DNA of 64,000 nt from the human T2T-CHM13v2.0 reference genome, Homo sapiens: assembly GCF_009914755.1 (NCBI RefSeq), contig NC_060939.1. One strand, 5' to 3'. Made by a program: the position numbers and the translations under genes. Positions 42,280 through 56,640 of this stretch are shown piece by piece; the stretch's first letter is position 1, and each line of letters begins with the position of its first letter. The notes beneath the pieces were generated by a model, which did no database searches, had not been told where the DNA came from, and saw only the letters and a list, made by a program, of their open reading frames with translations.

Positions 42280-43630
42280 CACCCATCGCCAGCTCCGCCT
42301 TAACCTCCCACGAAATCAAATCCCCGCTTTACCAACCCGCAGCAGCCGGGGGCATGGAGAGAGAAGCGGGGGTGGGGTGGGGTGGGGTAGGGTAGCCGGC
42401 CCCTCCCCCACCCGGGGGGGGGGGGGGGGGGGCGCCTCCACCGACTCCGAACTACCAGTCCCGGCGTGCCCTGGGGCGGCGCGGGCGCAGGGGCGCGTGC
42501 GCGGCGGGCTGTCGTTGGCTGGAGCAGCGGCTGCGCGGGTCGCGGTGCTGTGAGGTCTGCGGGCGCTGGCAAATCCGGCCCAGGATGTAGAGCTGGCAGT
42601 GCCTGACGGCGCGTCTGACGCGGAGTTGGGTGGGGTAGAGAGTAGGGGGCGGTAGTCGGGGGTGGTGGGAGAAGGAGGAGGCGGCGAATCACTTATAAAT
42701 GGCGCCGAAGCAGGACCCGAAGCCTAAATTCCAGGAGGGTGAGTGTGCGCCTTTGGGAAAAAGGCACCTAACGGCGCAGGAGATAGAGGCGGGCTCGAGG
42801 TGATTGAGGCTTGAGGGCCGGGGGCGGCGCGGGCTGCGCCCTGAGAAGGCGGCGGTCAGTGCTTTGTGCGGGGAAAGCGCATTGCGGATGGCAATTCCGG
42901 TGCGTCATTGTGAGAAAGCGCTTTGTGAAGCGAGAGTGCTGCGCAGGCATTAGAGTGGGAGAGAGAGCGTTTGGCGCGTGGCACACCCTCGTCAAGTGTT
43001 TGTTATTGTTCTGAGGAAGAGGGCGCGGAGAGAGCAGCCTATTGTAGGGAGGCGACGGGAGCGCCATGGCGGCGGTTAGGGGAAGTGATGTGGCGGCGGG
43101 GGGGGAGGGGCGGTGGCTGTTTCGGGCGGTCCTGCAGCGCGCCCGGCCGCTTGGGCAGCTACGACGGGTTTTTCGGTGCTTCCTGGAGCCCCGGGGTGGT
43201 TGCGTTCGGTGGCAACTCAGCTGCGGATGGGGGTGGGTTTGGCGCCACGGGGCGGGAGAAGTGCGTTGTAAAATGGCCGTTGCAAGATGGCGGCGCCATC
43301 ATGGCCGCCGGCGTCTCGGTCCCGTATGGAGGCACAGCTTACGGGCAGATGCAGCGCCCCCTTCCACGACGACCAGAAGGTTGCCGGGGCCCTCCGCATA
43401 CCACAGAGTGGTGGGTGGGGACAGAAAAAAAAAAGTGAGATGAGCGTTTTCCTCCGCTTTGTGTTGCCTGGAGGCATCACTCTGCTATTCTTGGGCGCAG
43501 TGCCGAGATCCTATGGTAATGTGAGTGAGCTCTCGCTTTGCAGTTGCTCGTAAAAAGTAAATAAAAATGATCTGAATGCAGTGTTGACGCCGTTTGCATT
43601 TGTAAGTCCCATTGCCTCGACGTCATTTTT
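42280..43630 (+). promoter_or_regulatory. MORF4L1: MORF4L1 CpG-island promoter, 5'UTR and 5' part of intron 1
   Basis: Very high GC/CpG, GC boxes, G-tracts and YY1-like motifs. TSS is inferred around 42450-42520. Confidence 0.9.
42699..42738 (+). CDS. MORF4L1: MORF4L1/MRG15 coding exon 1 (MAPKQDPKPKFQE-G)
   Basis: ATG 42699; donor G|gtgagt; phase 1. Confidence 0.96.
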
Positions 43631-45488
43631 TAAATGCAGTAATTGTTTGATTAGTTGCAGTGTTTAACAATGACTTGAAAGTTGAATTTCTTTTTATTAA
43701 TTGGTTTTCGATTGACATGAGTTTTGGGTAAGGTTAGACTGACTCCCAGTGGAAGGCAGCTCTTTAAATTTTCACAACGCTTCAGTTAACGTATAATAAG
43801 GTGGAGGTCTAATAGCTAAAAAGGAAGTAAAGTCCTGTTGAGAAAGGAGGAACACTTTAACATTCCTTTTCATTGCTATGGAAATTTATGCTAGTTACCG
43901 TAAATACGATGTCTACGTGCGTACGATTTTTGTTCTAGGGGTTTTTAGACTTGCATTAGAATTCCTTTTAGAGCCGTAAACCTCAAACCGTAGTACTGCG
44001 TATTTTAAGTTTATGGAATATTTAAGGAGGTTTTAGGGGTATTTTGTTAATGAGTGACTTTTTTTGTTTGTATTTTTGAGACGATGTTTGTCACCCAGGC
44101 TGTAGTGCAGTGACGCTATCTCGGCTCACCTCTGCCCCCCACCCGGGCTAAAGCGAGCCTCCCAAGTAGCTGGGATCACAGACGCGCGCCATCACGTCCG
44201 GCTAAGTTTTGTTTTGTTCTGTTTTGTTTTTTAGGGTTTTTGTTTTTTCTTTTCTTTTTCTTTCTTTTTTTTTTTTTTTTTGTATTTTTGGTAGAGACGG
44301 GGTTTCATGTTGCCCAGGCTGGTCTCGAACTCCTGGGCTTAAGCGATCCACCCGCCTCGGCCTCCCAAAGTTGTGGGGGGTTAACGGGCGTGAGGCATCG
44401 CTCTCGGCCGTGTGACTTTTAATACCCCTCTCTCACCTTGAGAAGCTGTTGACTCTACCTCCTATGGGTTCATTATTTTACTAGACATTTTAGAGCAGAT
44501 ATTCTTAATCTAGAGTCAGTGCATTAATTGAGACGGTGCGTGAAATTGAGGAAGATTTTTTTTTCTATCTCCCAAGTTTAGTATTTCAATTAACAGTGTA
44601 ATTGCTCCCCCTAAACCCCGAAAAAAACCACCACATTAGCATTTTCAGTATATTTTCATATCTCAACATTACAGTTATGGAAGATGTTTTCAGTTATCGC
44701 ATTCTTATTTCTTCAAAATTAGGGTAGTTATTGTATTAGCAGCCAAGTCTTGTTTGTCCTGTAATGTCATAGAACGTGACATTTAAAGTGTTTTGTTTCA
44801 GTACAGTTGGTTTCCTTTGTACTAGTGTGTGTTTTATGTATTTATGAAACTATTAGGCTCGTAGGGTTTATCAGACTGTCAAGGCACAAAAAGTTAATCG
44901 CTGCTGTGGGAACAACCTAAGGATGGCTGTTCTGGAAGAAGCGCTTTAGTTCTAGAGGGTTGCTAGTTAAGAGAGGAGTAGCAGCAGAGATTTCCTTGTG
45001 CCGTTTTAAGTGGGGTAATTGGAGAAGAGTAGGAACCAAGGTATCCCCAGGTAAGGGTTTGAAAGCTGTGTAAGAGAGTCTGTATTTAACATTACTTTCC
45101 AGGTGTGTTTTGTACTTGTGTTTAAAATGGAATTGTATAACCACGTTTTAAAAATGATTTTAGTGGGTGGGGCACGGTGGCTCACGCCTCTAATCCCAGC
45201 ACTTTGGGAGGCCGAGGTGGGTGGGGGCGGTGGATCACCTGAGGTCAGCGGTTCGAGACCAGCCTGGTCAGCCTGGTGAGCCTGGTGAAACCCAGTCTCT
45301 ACTAAAAATACAAAAATTAGCAGGGCGTGGTGTTAGGCTCCTGTAATCCCGGCTACTCGGGCGGCTGAGACAGGAAATCGCTTGAACCCGGGAGTCGGAG
45401 GTTGCAGTAGGCCGAGATCCTGCCATCGCACTCCAGCCTGGGCCACAGAGTGAGACTCCATTTCAAAAAAAAAAAATTTATTAATTAG

Positions 45489-45974
<486 letters not shown>

Positions 45975-46587
45975 TAAAAAAGTTTTTTTTTATTTGATAA
46001 TGGCGTGCAATATATGTTGTATAAGCAATTCTTAAGGCATAGTGATTGCTTTGCACTGGACTTGGTTTTCCATTGGAAATTCTTTTTTGTTTTGTTTTGT
46101 TTAGATTTTGAGACGGAGCATTTGCTGTCCTGGGTCATACTCCTCAGCTAGCTGTATATTTTTTCAACAAAATACTAGGGCCTCGTAGCTAGAATGGAGG
46201 TCACAGGGCCTCGGTTTCAGTGCACTTTTTTTTCCGGCAGTAGCAGCCAAGGGGAGAAAAATGGTAGGCCATTTTCAGAGTGCCTTTAAAATGTACCAGG
46301 AGAGTGAAATTAGGAAACACAGATCTGATCTGATCTTGTTCGCTGTTTATTAGCAGTATAGTTTACCCATTTTAGTTCTCGTTCCTGGGCCGTTGGAGAA
46401 GTCTTTGATCTTCCCGTTTTCCAGTCTCCGTCTTTAATTCAGAAATGCTATTCGTAGGTCCAGCAGCCTCTAGCAGTGATTCTTTATAGAGTGACCACTT
46501 AAAAGAATTATAGAACTGATTTAAAAATAAAGTTAATAGGTCGTGCTCTGGGAGAGTCTAATAATATGGGTCTTTGGTGGGGCTTGA

Positions 46588-46761
<174 letters not shown>

Positions 46762-46817
46762 TGAAGGTGCACATCACCACGCCCGGCTGATTTTTTTTTT
46801 TTTTTTTTTTTTTTTGA

Positions 46818-47125
<308 letters not shown>

Positions 47126-47887
47126 TGACATTCTTGGATATTTCAGTTGTCCATGGGTCTTTTGAAACCAAGTGGACTGAAAATAATGTGTGCAAAATCT
47201 TTCAAGCTACACTCAAATGTAATCTGAGGTACTGCCTAGAATTGCTTCCAAGACTTCCAGGTCCTGACATTTTCTTTAGTCTTGAAGTAGGCTCAACGTA
47301 GACTGTTACGTTCCAAAGGTTAGGCTTTATTGTCTCATTTCTTTGTTCATTGAAGCAACTTAGCACCTAGAACATCATTCCACATTTGAAGAATGAACAT
47401 AGTGAGACCCCTTAATCCAGCCAATCTCTGATGCATATTGATATTTTAATTTGTACGATATTTCACTGAGTAAAAGGGTTGGAAGCAGAGATACAAGTGG
47501 AGAGTAAAGGTCCTCAACTTAGAAAAACAGATGAGGAAAGCATTTAAAAAACTGTATTTTCAGATATATAGTTAAAACCAACCAACCAACCAACCTCGAC
47601 AGCTTTGCAGGAGAGTCCGCTTATGTGCTTAACAGGTGATAGATGATTTGATTATTTAAGTAGATTGACCTGCTAATGAATTGTTTTTGTTTTTACCATC
47701 GGATACCAACGTGTTTTTGTCGTAGGGTATAGTTGAAGTTTGAGCCAAAGTGGTGCTCTGTATACCCGTCCTCATTTTTCCTAATTTGGCTAGGAATACC
47801 TTAATAAAAGTGTGATGACTCTCTAAGATGTTAATCTTTTTATATATGAGAAGAAATTACAATTCAGTACTTTTTCTCCCTTTACAG

Positions 47888-47934
47888 GTGAGCGAGTGCT
47901 GTGCTTTCATGGGCCTCTTCTTTATGAAGCAAAG
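47888..47934 (+). CDS. MORF4L1: MORF4L1 exon 2 (GERVLCFHGPLLYEAK; chromodomain)
   Basis: tttacag| … AAG|gtatga; 47 nt, frame-consistent. Confidence 0.96.
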
Positions 47935-50183
47935 GTATGAAACTTGTTTTCTTTTGAGAAGTTGGCCAAAACTACTGGTTAGATCTGGCCATTTAATATA
48001 CAAGTACAGTATTTTGTTGTTGCCTCAGTAAGAGAGTTGCCTTTTTTAGGTTCGTAGTTAATAAATTTCTTCATCTTTCTGAGATTCTTATTTTGCTTAG
48101 TGGCTCAAATGAATTAAAACATTGCTACTCTCTTCCACTTTTCTTACTCATCTGGAAGTAGCATTTGAGGGGAATGTTAGAAGGGGAAGATGGGCTGTGG
48201 GAACAAAGAGCATTTTGTGGTTAATGACTTGGTGAGAAAACATTGCTGAAGTTACTTTTAAAAGTAATATATGCTGAGTAAGCATTGAGCTAATTATATT
48301 AGGTTAAAGGTAAAAGCCAATATTAAAAATAAGTACATTTAACTGTTGATTGTTGATTTGTCTGGCAAAGTTTGTATTCTGGGAGGCCCCCTTTGTATCA
48401 GGGTGTGCTCAAGTTATAAAAACTGATTTTACATTTAGCTGAAGGTAAGCAGGAGAATGCATTCCAAAGTAAAAAAAAGTTTCAGTATTTTGTTTCTGAT
48501 AACTTTTTTAGTACAAATATTTAAGACTTGACTATACCTTAAACAGTCGTAGCTCCAAAAATGAACCCGTAAAATACAAAACAGTATAATGTTTAATTTA
48601 TGTAATTTCTGCATAAATTCTTGGTGAGTAGTTTTATGCTATATGTGTCTGAAAATAGCCTTAAAGTGTCAGACATTTCTGACTAAATATTAGCCATTTT
48701 CACTACTTTTTTTTTTCCTGTGTTCTAAATACACAGAAGTGTATTTTTAAAGTTCTAAAGAGCCAAACGCGGTGGCACATGCATGTAGTTTCAGCTACTC
48801 AGAAGGCTGAGGCTAGAGGATTGCTTGAGCCCAGGAGTTCAAGGCCAGTTTGGGCAACCAAGCGAGACTCTCTCTCTCTTTATTTTTATGCTCCCCGCCC
48901 CGCCCCGCCCCCCAAGACAGTATTGCTCTGTCGCCCAGGCTGGAGTGCAGTGGTGCGATCTTGGCTCACTGTGACGTCCCCCTCCCGGGTTGAAGCAATT
49001 CTCCTGCCTCAGCCTCCCGAGTAGCTGGGATTACAGACACCAGCCACCACACCTGGCTAATTTTTGTAGTTTTAGTAGAGACGGGGTTTCACCATGTTGA
49101 CCAGGCTGGTCTTGAACTCCTGACCTCGTGATCCACCTGCCTCGGCCTCCCAAAGTGTTGGGATTAGAGGTGTGAGCCATTGCCCCTTGGGAGACTGTCT
49201 CTTAAAAAAGAAATCCTAAAATGACTGAATTTGGATGTATGGAGATGGTCAGGAATTTCTAAGTATATGTATACGTACATACATCTTAATGATATAATGT
49301 TTGTAAGTGCTAAATTACGACTCATGGCCAGGGGCTGTGACGTACAAGCCTGTAATCCCAGGGCTTTGGGGAGCCAAAGCAGGAGGATCACTTGAGGTCA
49401 GGAGTTTGAGATCAGTCTGGGCAAGATAGCAAGACTGTCTCTACCAAAAAAAAAAAAAAAAATTATGTCCTGTTAATCGTTTTTATCCCTGAATGTTGTT
49501 ATTGTTGTATCAACGTTTGGCAAACTCTACTAAACTGGCTGATTTTTCTCCTGGCACCTGACACTCTGGTGAACAATTTTCGAATTGAAGCTATTGAAAC
49601 AAATTAAACTGTTGTGGTTATTTTGGTTTTCTCTTAAAGACTTTTAAATCCAAAACCAGATAGTCATCACTTGTCATAGTTAATGACTTGCCTCTAGTAA
49701 TTCCTTTTGTCTGGCTGCTTTTAAGAAAAGTGAAATATTTTTAATTCATTGCTTTACAAGTTGTTTAAACTAACTTTTCAGAAACAGGTCCATTTACTGC
49801 CTTTCATAAGCTAATGAAGTTTTTTTATAATATAGTTTAAAGACTTTGCTTTAGAGGAATTTGCTTTTGAAATAAATATAGCTCCTGGCTGATTAGACTG
49901 AGAAGACACAAGCATAGCTTTCATTAGCTGTCCTTGGATAGCTTTTGTAATCCATTGATTAAAGATTTAAGGTGACCTTTTATGCTTGTGGTTCTCAGCT
50001 TTGTTGGACCTTTTGTGACTAATCTTCAGTTTTGTAACTTGAGTATTCTACAAGCTTAGTGTTCTTAGTCATTTTGTTTAGGCCACCATAAAGCTTGTGT
50101 AGAGTGTCTTTGAAGGATGATTTGAAAAGGTAGTGTCTTTAAAAAATTTCTAAGTGAATTATTATTTTTTTTTTGAATTTCAG

Positions 50184-50251
50184 TGTGTAAAGGTTGCCAT
50201 AAAGGACAAACAAGTGAAATACTTCATACATTACAGTGGTTGGAATAAAAA
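50184..50251 (+). CDS. MORF4L1: MORF4L1 exon 3 (CVKVAIKDKQVKYFIHYSGWNK)
   Basis: tttcag| … AA|gtgagt; 68 nt. Confidence 0.96.
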
Positions 50252-52596
50252 GTGAGTATTAGATCTTACAATTCTATTTGTAATTAACAAGATAGCTTGT
50301 GTCACTGACTGGCTTAGCAAGCATATGCTTTTCAATTCTGCAGTTTTAATGTAATATAGTACATATTGAAGCAAAGGTGAATCATTTGTAGTATGACAAA
50401 ACTATTAGAAATTAGGGTACTGAGCCATTTTAATTTAAATATACTTGGATCTTGGGAATATTTGTTATGTTCTAGTGTAATATCTATTAGTCATATAGTC
50501 AATCAATTATTCTGGTTGAATGTGGCAATCACATTTTTCTGTTTTTTTTTTTTTCCTGGTTTTGGTACATTTTTAGGATGGCCTGAATTATTTGGCCTTA
50601 CCACAAACATGTTGATTATATATGTTATTTCAAGCAGCTGTGCTAAAAAAAACTAGTTGGGTTTTCTGTCTAGAAAAGGGGAAAGGATAAAGGTTGCTTG
50701 ATTGGGAAATAAAGACAGAATTTACCAGTCCATATTCTGAACTTTGGAAACATTATTTAGTGTTGACCGAAAATGACTTCATGTGACTCACTTTTTAGCA
50801 TGGTTTAACACAGAAACATTCAATTATAGAGTCTTAATTTCTCACCCCTAAGAGTTAAGCCTTTTTTTTTTTTTTTTTTTTTTTTTTTGAGAGATGGAGT
50901 TTTGCTTTCGTTGCCCAGGCTGGAGTGTGCAATGGTGTGAGCTCGGCTCACTGCAACCTCCGCCTCAGGGGTTCAGGTGATTCTCCTGCCTCAGCCTCCT
51001 GAGTAGCTGGGATTACAGGCACCTGTCACCATGCCCAGCTAATTTTTTGTATTTTTAGTAGAGACGGAGTTTCACCACATTGGCCAGGCTGTCTTGAACT
51101 CTTGACCTCAGGTGATCCACCCGCCTCGGCCTCCCAAAGTGCTGGGATTACAGGTGTGAGCCACTGCCCGGCCTTTTTGTGTGTGTGTGTGTATGTAAAG
51201 TACCGATGTTATTGATCTTGTTCTAGGAATGGACAATGGGTATAGATTGAACACATTCTAGAATGTCCATCCAGTGGAGCTGTTTTTCAGTGATGGGACT
51301 TTTCTCCTTGGGCCTCACAAATAACCCTGTCTAAAAATTTACCCAAGTCTCCTATTTGGTGATTGTAATGAAAAGACTTGTAATTTTTACTATGGGAGGT
51401 TTTACATTTTATTAATGATGCCTTGTCCTTCAAAGATAGCACTGCCATTGCTATTTAGTATTGTTCTTGTGGAATTGTCCTCTAGTAACTTAAGGCTTTG
51501 TGTCACCTGACTCAGGCTCTTTTACCTGGTTTACTATGGGATCAGTGCCATCTGATTTGATGAGTATTCTGTTACTATGGAAGGAGTTTATTTTTCCTGT
51601 GAAGTTCACTGGCCCTGTGACTTTGGTCTTGTTTCATCTAGTACTCTATCCAGGTGACCAACCCAGTTAATTTTATTTCTTTGTTAGGAAGTTGTTTTCA
51701 CGTATCAGATGTTTTCAGCTGAGAATTTATCAGACCTTTTACTTCCATTAATATAAATGTGGAAAGGTAGAAATCTGAAATGCATAGAAGTGCATCCTGA
51801 CAACTTGTGGGTATTTTTTTCCCAGTTAATGATAATTAAAGTATTTCTAATCAGTGAGGTGTGGTGGTGTGCACCTGTAGCTACTTGGAAGGCTGAGGCA
51901 GGAGGATTACTTGAGCCCAGGAGTTTGGGGCTGCAGTGAGCTATGATGTGCCACTGCACTCTAGCCTGAGTGACAGAGCAAGATCTGGACTCCTTTAAAA
52001 AGAAACAACAACATGTATTTCTAATAATGATAGGTAATATTTAATAATGATAGGTAACTCCAACCTCATGGACTTGTATTTTAAATATTGAGAAGTTGGG
52101 AAAATAATGGAGAAAACTGTCTTGGTAGAAGTAAACTGTGCTTTTAGTACTAAATGGATTCTAATATCTAGGAAACAGGAAAATAGTGACTCCTAGTGTA
52201 TCTCATATCTTTTTATTACTAAACAATGCCTTGCTAAAACTGCATTTCAATCTTTATTAGACTTATATTTTGTGTGTTGATATTCTGACAATATCCAGAT
52301 AAAGTTGAGAGTGTTAGGAGAATTTCATTTCTCTACAGGAAAGATAACATCTTAATTTTATGCATACTATGAGTGGGAAAGACCATATAGGATATCAAAA
52401 AAAAACACAAAGCAAATTTATGGTTTAGGCTTAATCTCCTCCATCTCCTGCATTTTAAAGGAATTGTTTTAGAGCCAGTATGGTGGTGCCTATAGTTTTA
52501 GCTTCTTGGGAGGCTGAGGTTGAGCCCAGGAGTTTGAGGCCAGCCTGGGCAACATAGGTAGACACCCCTCTTATAATTAAGCAAATAAAAATTTTA

Positions 52597-52932
<336 letters not shown>

Positions 52933-53618
52933 CTACGACAAGGGAATAGAATAAAGAAGATATTTTTAAAAACCTTAAAAAATTATTTTAGAATTTCACC
53001 TTAGTAACTGTGAATACAGCTTTTGTGCTTAGTTCTTTTTCACATATAATAGATAACCCTGTATAAAATTGCACACATAGATGTGTACAGCGCAAAGACT
53101 GGATTTTAAGTGGCATTTGTAGCTTGTCACAAGTTGTGAAAATACCAAATGCTTGTATTTTCAGATTTTATTGTTTCGAAAAATAATGGGCATTTTCCTC
53201 TTTGGTGTATTGTAGTCCAGTAACTCAAAGAAATGATAGGTTTGTGTAGATTTTTTTGTTCTCAACTAATTTGACACATATTAATTACTGTTGGGGAAAG
53301 TTAAGAAAAAATAGCATCAAATATTAGAGATTTGTTACTATCTTTGTAGATGTATTGAGGAATATTAATATATCAGAAATGTCTTTGGTTGACTTGGCAT
53401 GTAGATAAATATATGCAATGTTGAAAGAATGATCTTAGCTTTAGAAAGTCTTTAAAGAAACCTTTAAATTCATTTTGAAAGGGGGAGGAGTTATTCAGAT
53501 ACCTAGTGTGTTGTGTATTTAGTCTATGTAAGTACTGCCCATGGATCATTGTGACTCTGGGAATTAGTCACATTACCGTTAGAAAACTATGAAATTCTGG
53601 GCCAGGCGCGGTGGCTCA

Positions 53619-53954
<336 letters not shown>

Positions 53955-54208
53955 CTAGGCAGGTGGATCACGAGGTCAGGAGTTCAAAACCAGCCTGGCC
54001 ATGGTGGTGAAACTCTGTCTCTACTAAAAATTAGCTGGGTGTAGTGGCGCGCACCTGTAGTCCCAGCATTTTGGGAAGCCGAGGGTGGGCGGATCACCTG
54101 AGGCTAGGAGTTCGAGACAAGCCTGACCAACATGGAGAAACCCTGTCTGTACTAAAAATACAAAATTAGCTGGGCGTGGTGGCGCATGCCTGTAATCCCA
54201 ATTACTCA

Positions 54209-54313
<105 letters not shown>

Positions 54314-54634
54314 TCAAAAAAAAAAAAAAAAAAAAAATACACACACACACACACAAATATCTCAAAAATAATCTCATTTTGAAAATGGCTTGTGCAGGGT
54401 ACTTTTTAAAATTCGTACAACAAAACCTTAATCCCTAAATTGGAATTTTCTTAAACTTCAGTTAATCTTTTTTCAAAAACATAATAGATGATGGAGATTT
54501 CTAAATTTTCAAACCTCATTGGAATTTGTTGACACACACTTAAATACTCCATTTGTAAATGAATCTTAATAAAGCTGAGGCTCAATTCTGCACCTGGTCA
54601 CTGAGATTACTTTGTACTATGCTGTCTGTATCAG

Positions 54635-54751
54635 AAGTGCTGTGAGGCCCAGGCGCTCTGAAAAATCTTTGAAGACACATGAGGATATTGTAGCCCTTTT
54701 TCCTGTTCCTGAAGGAGCTCCCTCAGTACACCACCCCCTCCTGACCTCTAG
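54635..54751 (+). CDS. MORF4L1: MORF4L1 alternative cassette exon 4 (117 nt, +39 aa; long isoform)
   Basis: tatcag| (K)SAVRPRRSEKSLKTHEDIVALFPVPEGAPSVHHPLLTS(S) AG|gtaaat; phase 2-2; matches the recalled long-isoform insert. Confidence 0.9.
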
Positions 54752-55808
54752 GTAAATGCATGTTTTGAAATTTTCTCTAGGAAATGATGTTCAGGATTGC
54801 TTTTTATTATTTTCCTCTTGGCTGTATTATATAAGAGGTCAGAGGTGGGAAATCATTAAACAAAAGAAAGTCTTAAATTTTTTTTTGTAATTGGGTGCCT
54901 TGAGAGTACACCTAATTGTGTCACTAAAGGAGCTCCATCAGCAGGAGAAAAGATTTACTGCTCAAAAAAAGTTAGCATTCCCTAAGAAATTACATTGTTT
55001 TTGTTTGCCATTTTGGGGGAAAAAACACATAATCAGAAATTGTGTTTTGAACAAGCTCTTTGAAGTGCCAGAATGTCTTAACATTTTTGAGAGAGTTGGT
55101 TCTGCCTTCTAATATTTAGAAAGCCAGCTTTCTGATCAGCCTTGAAAGTTATTAGTGTGTATTCATTTGTGACTGAATGAAGGTGGAGAATGGTGTCAAA
55201 TCATTTTAATACTTTACAAACTTAAGTTAGTCTAGTTGGTGTTTGAGTATTGTAGACTTCCTAATATGTTTCTGACATACCTTTAGTGTTGTTTTGTGTC
55301 AGGGATTCTCAGGTGTTTTACATGTATTCTCATAACAGTTATTTGAGATAAGTACTGTTGTTATCCTCATTTCATAGAGAATGAAATGAAAACACAAAGC
55401 TATATGGAACTTTGTCATTACACACAGCTGGTTTTAATTTTTAAAAATAACTGAGTTTTTGACTCCTGTGCTTTATTTTTGACAATAAAAGTCTTTAAGA
55501 TAACATAAGACTAATCACTTAGTGAATCTTACATTAAGTGCCAAACTCTTAAGCCATTTCTAAAAATGATTTGAATAATCTGCTTTTGGACTCTGGCAGC
55601 TTAGATTTGGAATGCTGCTTTTTGAAAATAAAAAGTTTTCCTTTTTACAGAACAGACTTCCATTAGATCTTCATTTTAGTTGAGAATATATTTGTAGTGC
55701 CAGTTCATCAAATTACTTAAGAGAAATCCAGTCTTGCCTCTTGATCTCAGAAAATTAGTTGGAGAACAGAGTATTTTTGAGTTAAATTTTAACTTTCCTC
55801 TTTTTCAG

Positions 55809-55895
55809 TTGGGATGAATGGGTTCCGGAGAGCAGAGTACTCAAATACGTGGACACCAATTTGCAGAAACAGCGAGAACTTCAAAAAGCCAATCA
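55809..55895 (+). CDS. MORF4L1: MORF4L1 exon 5 (WDEWVPESRVLKYVDTNLQKQRELQKANQ)
   Basis: tttttcag| … CA|gtaagt; 87 nt. Confidence 0.96.
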
Positions 55896-56341
55896 GTAAG
55901 TTTGTTTTGTGAACTGAATATTAAGGAGAAATGCCTGTAGATTAATTCTGGACATGGAATGAACAATGGAGATCATGTTGGCTGCCCTGCCTATAAAATG
56001 ATTCCTGGTACCTTTCAGCTGCTGTGTTACAGCTTTGACTTCAAGCGATCAAGCCATATCTAGGTAAAGGAAGTAGCATACCTGCCATTACTTGAGCTTA
56101 TCTTAGACCTAGGTAGAAAACAGCAGAATGTTGTTGGAAATTGCTATAGGTATGAACTCACTGATAAAAATCTTTATTTTCGGGGGCTCTGGAAGACAAA
56201 TTTGGTGGGGAAACAAGCAAACGAGGCATTTCCTATTCTGCTTTTCATCTCTGAAAGCACGGGAAAAGGGACCCTGAAAGACTCTATGATTTATAGGGTA
56301 ATCTCAAAGTTGAAATGTATTTTTAAAAAAATTAAAACGAT

Positions 56342-56640
56342 GGCTGGGCGCAGTGGCTCACGCCTGTAATCCCAGCATTTTGGGAGGCCAAGGCGGGTGG
56401 ATCACGAGGTCAGGAGATCAAGACCATCCTGGCTAACACGGTGAAACCCCGTCTCTACTAAAAATTCAAAAAATTAGCCGGGCATGGTGGCGGGCGCCTG
56501 TAGTCCCAGCTACTCCGGAGGCTGAGGCAGGAGAATGGCGTGAACCCGGGAGGCAGAGCTTTCAGTGAGCGGAGATCGCGCCACTGCAGTGTAGCCTGGG
56601 CAGCACAGTGAAACTCTGTCTCAAAAAAAAAAAAAAAAAG
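56342..56640 (+). mobile_element. AluY
   Basis: Diagnostic gaccatcctggctaacacggtgaaaccccg and gagaatggcgtgaacccggg; A-tail; TSD-like aattaaaa(c/t)g. Confidence 0.9.

Noticed and set aside
41943-43480. Several long ORFs across the MORF4L1 promoter (41943-42395, 42300-42692 -, 42971-43438, 43066-43443)
   Set aside because: Expected stop-codon scarcity in a CpG island, with low-complexity P/G/R translations. Only the 43287 frame is splice-compatible with exon 2.
46178-46235. tRNA/Pol III-like look (gtagctagaatgg…ggtttcagtgc followed by a T-run)
   Set aside because: A and B boxes do not fit the consensus and no cloverleaf forms.
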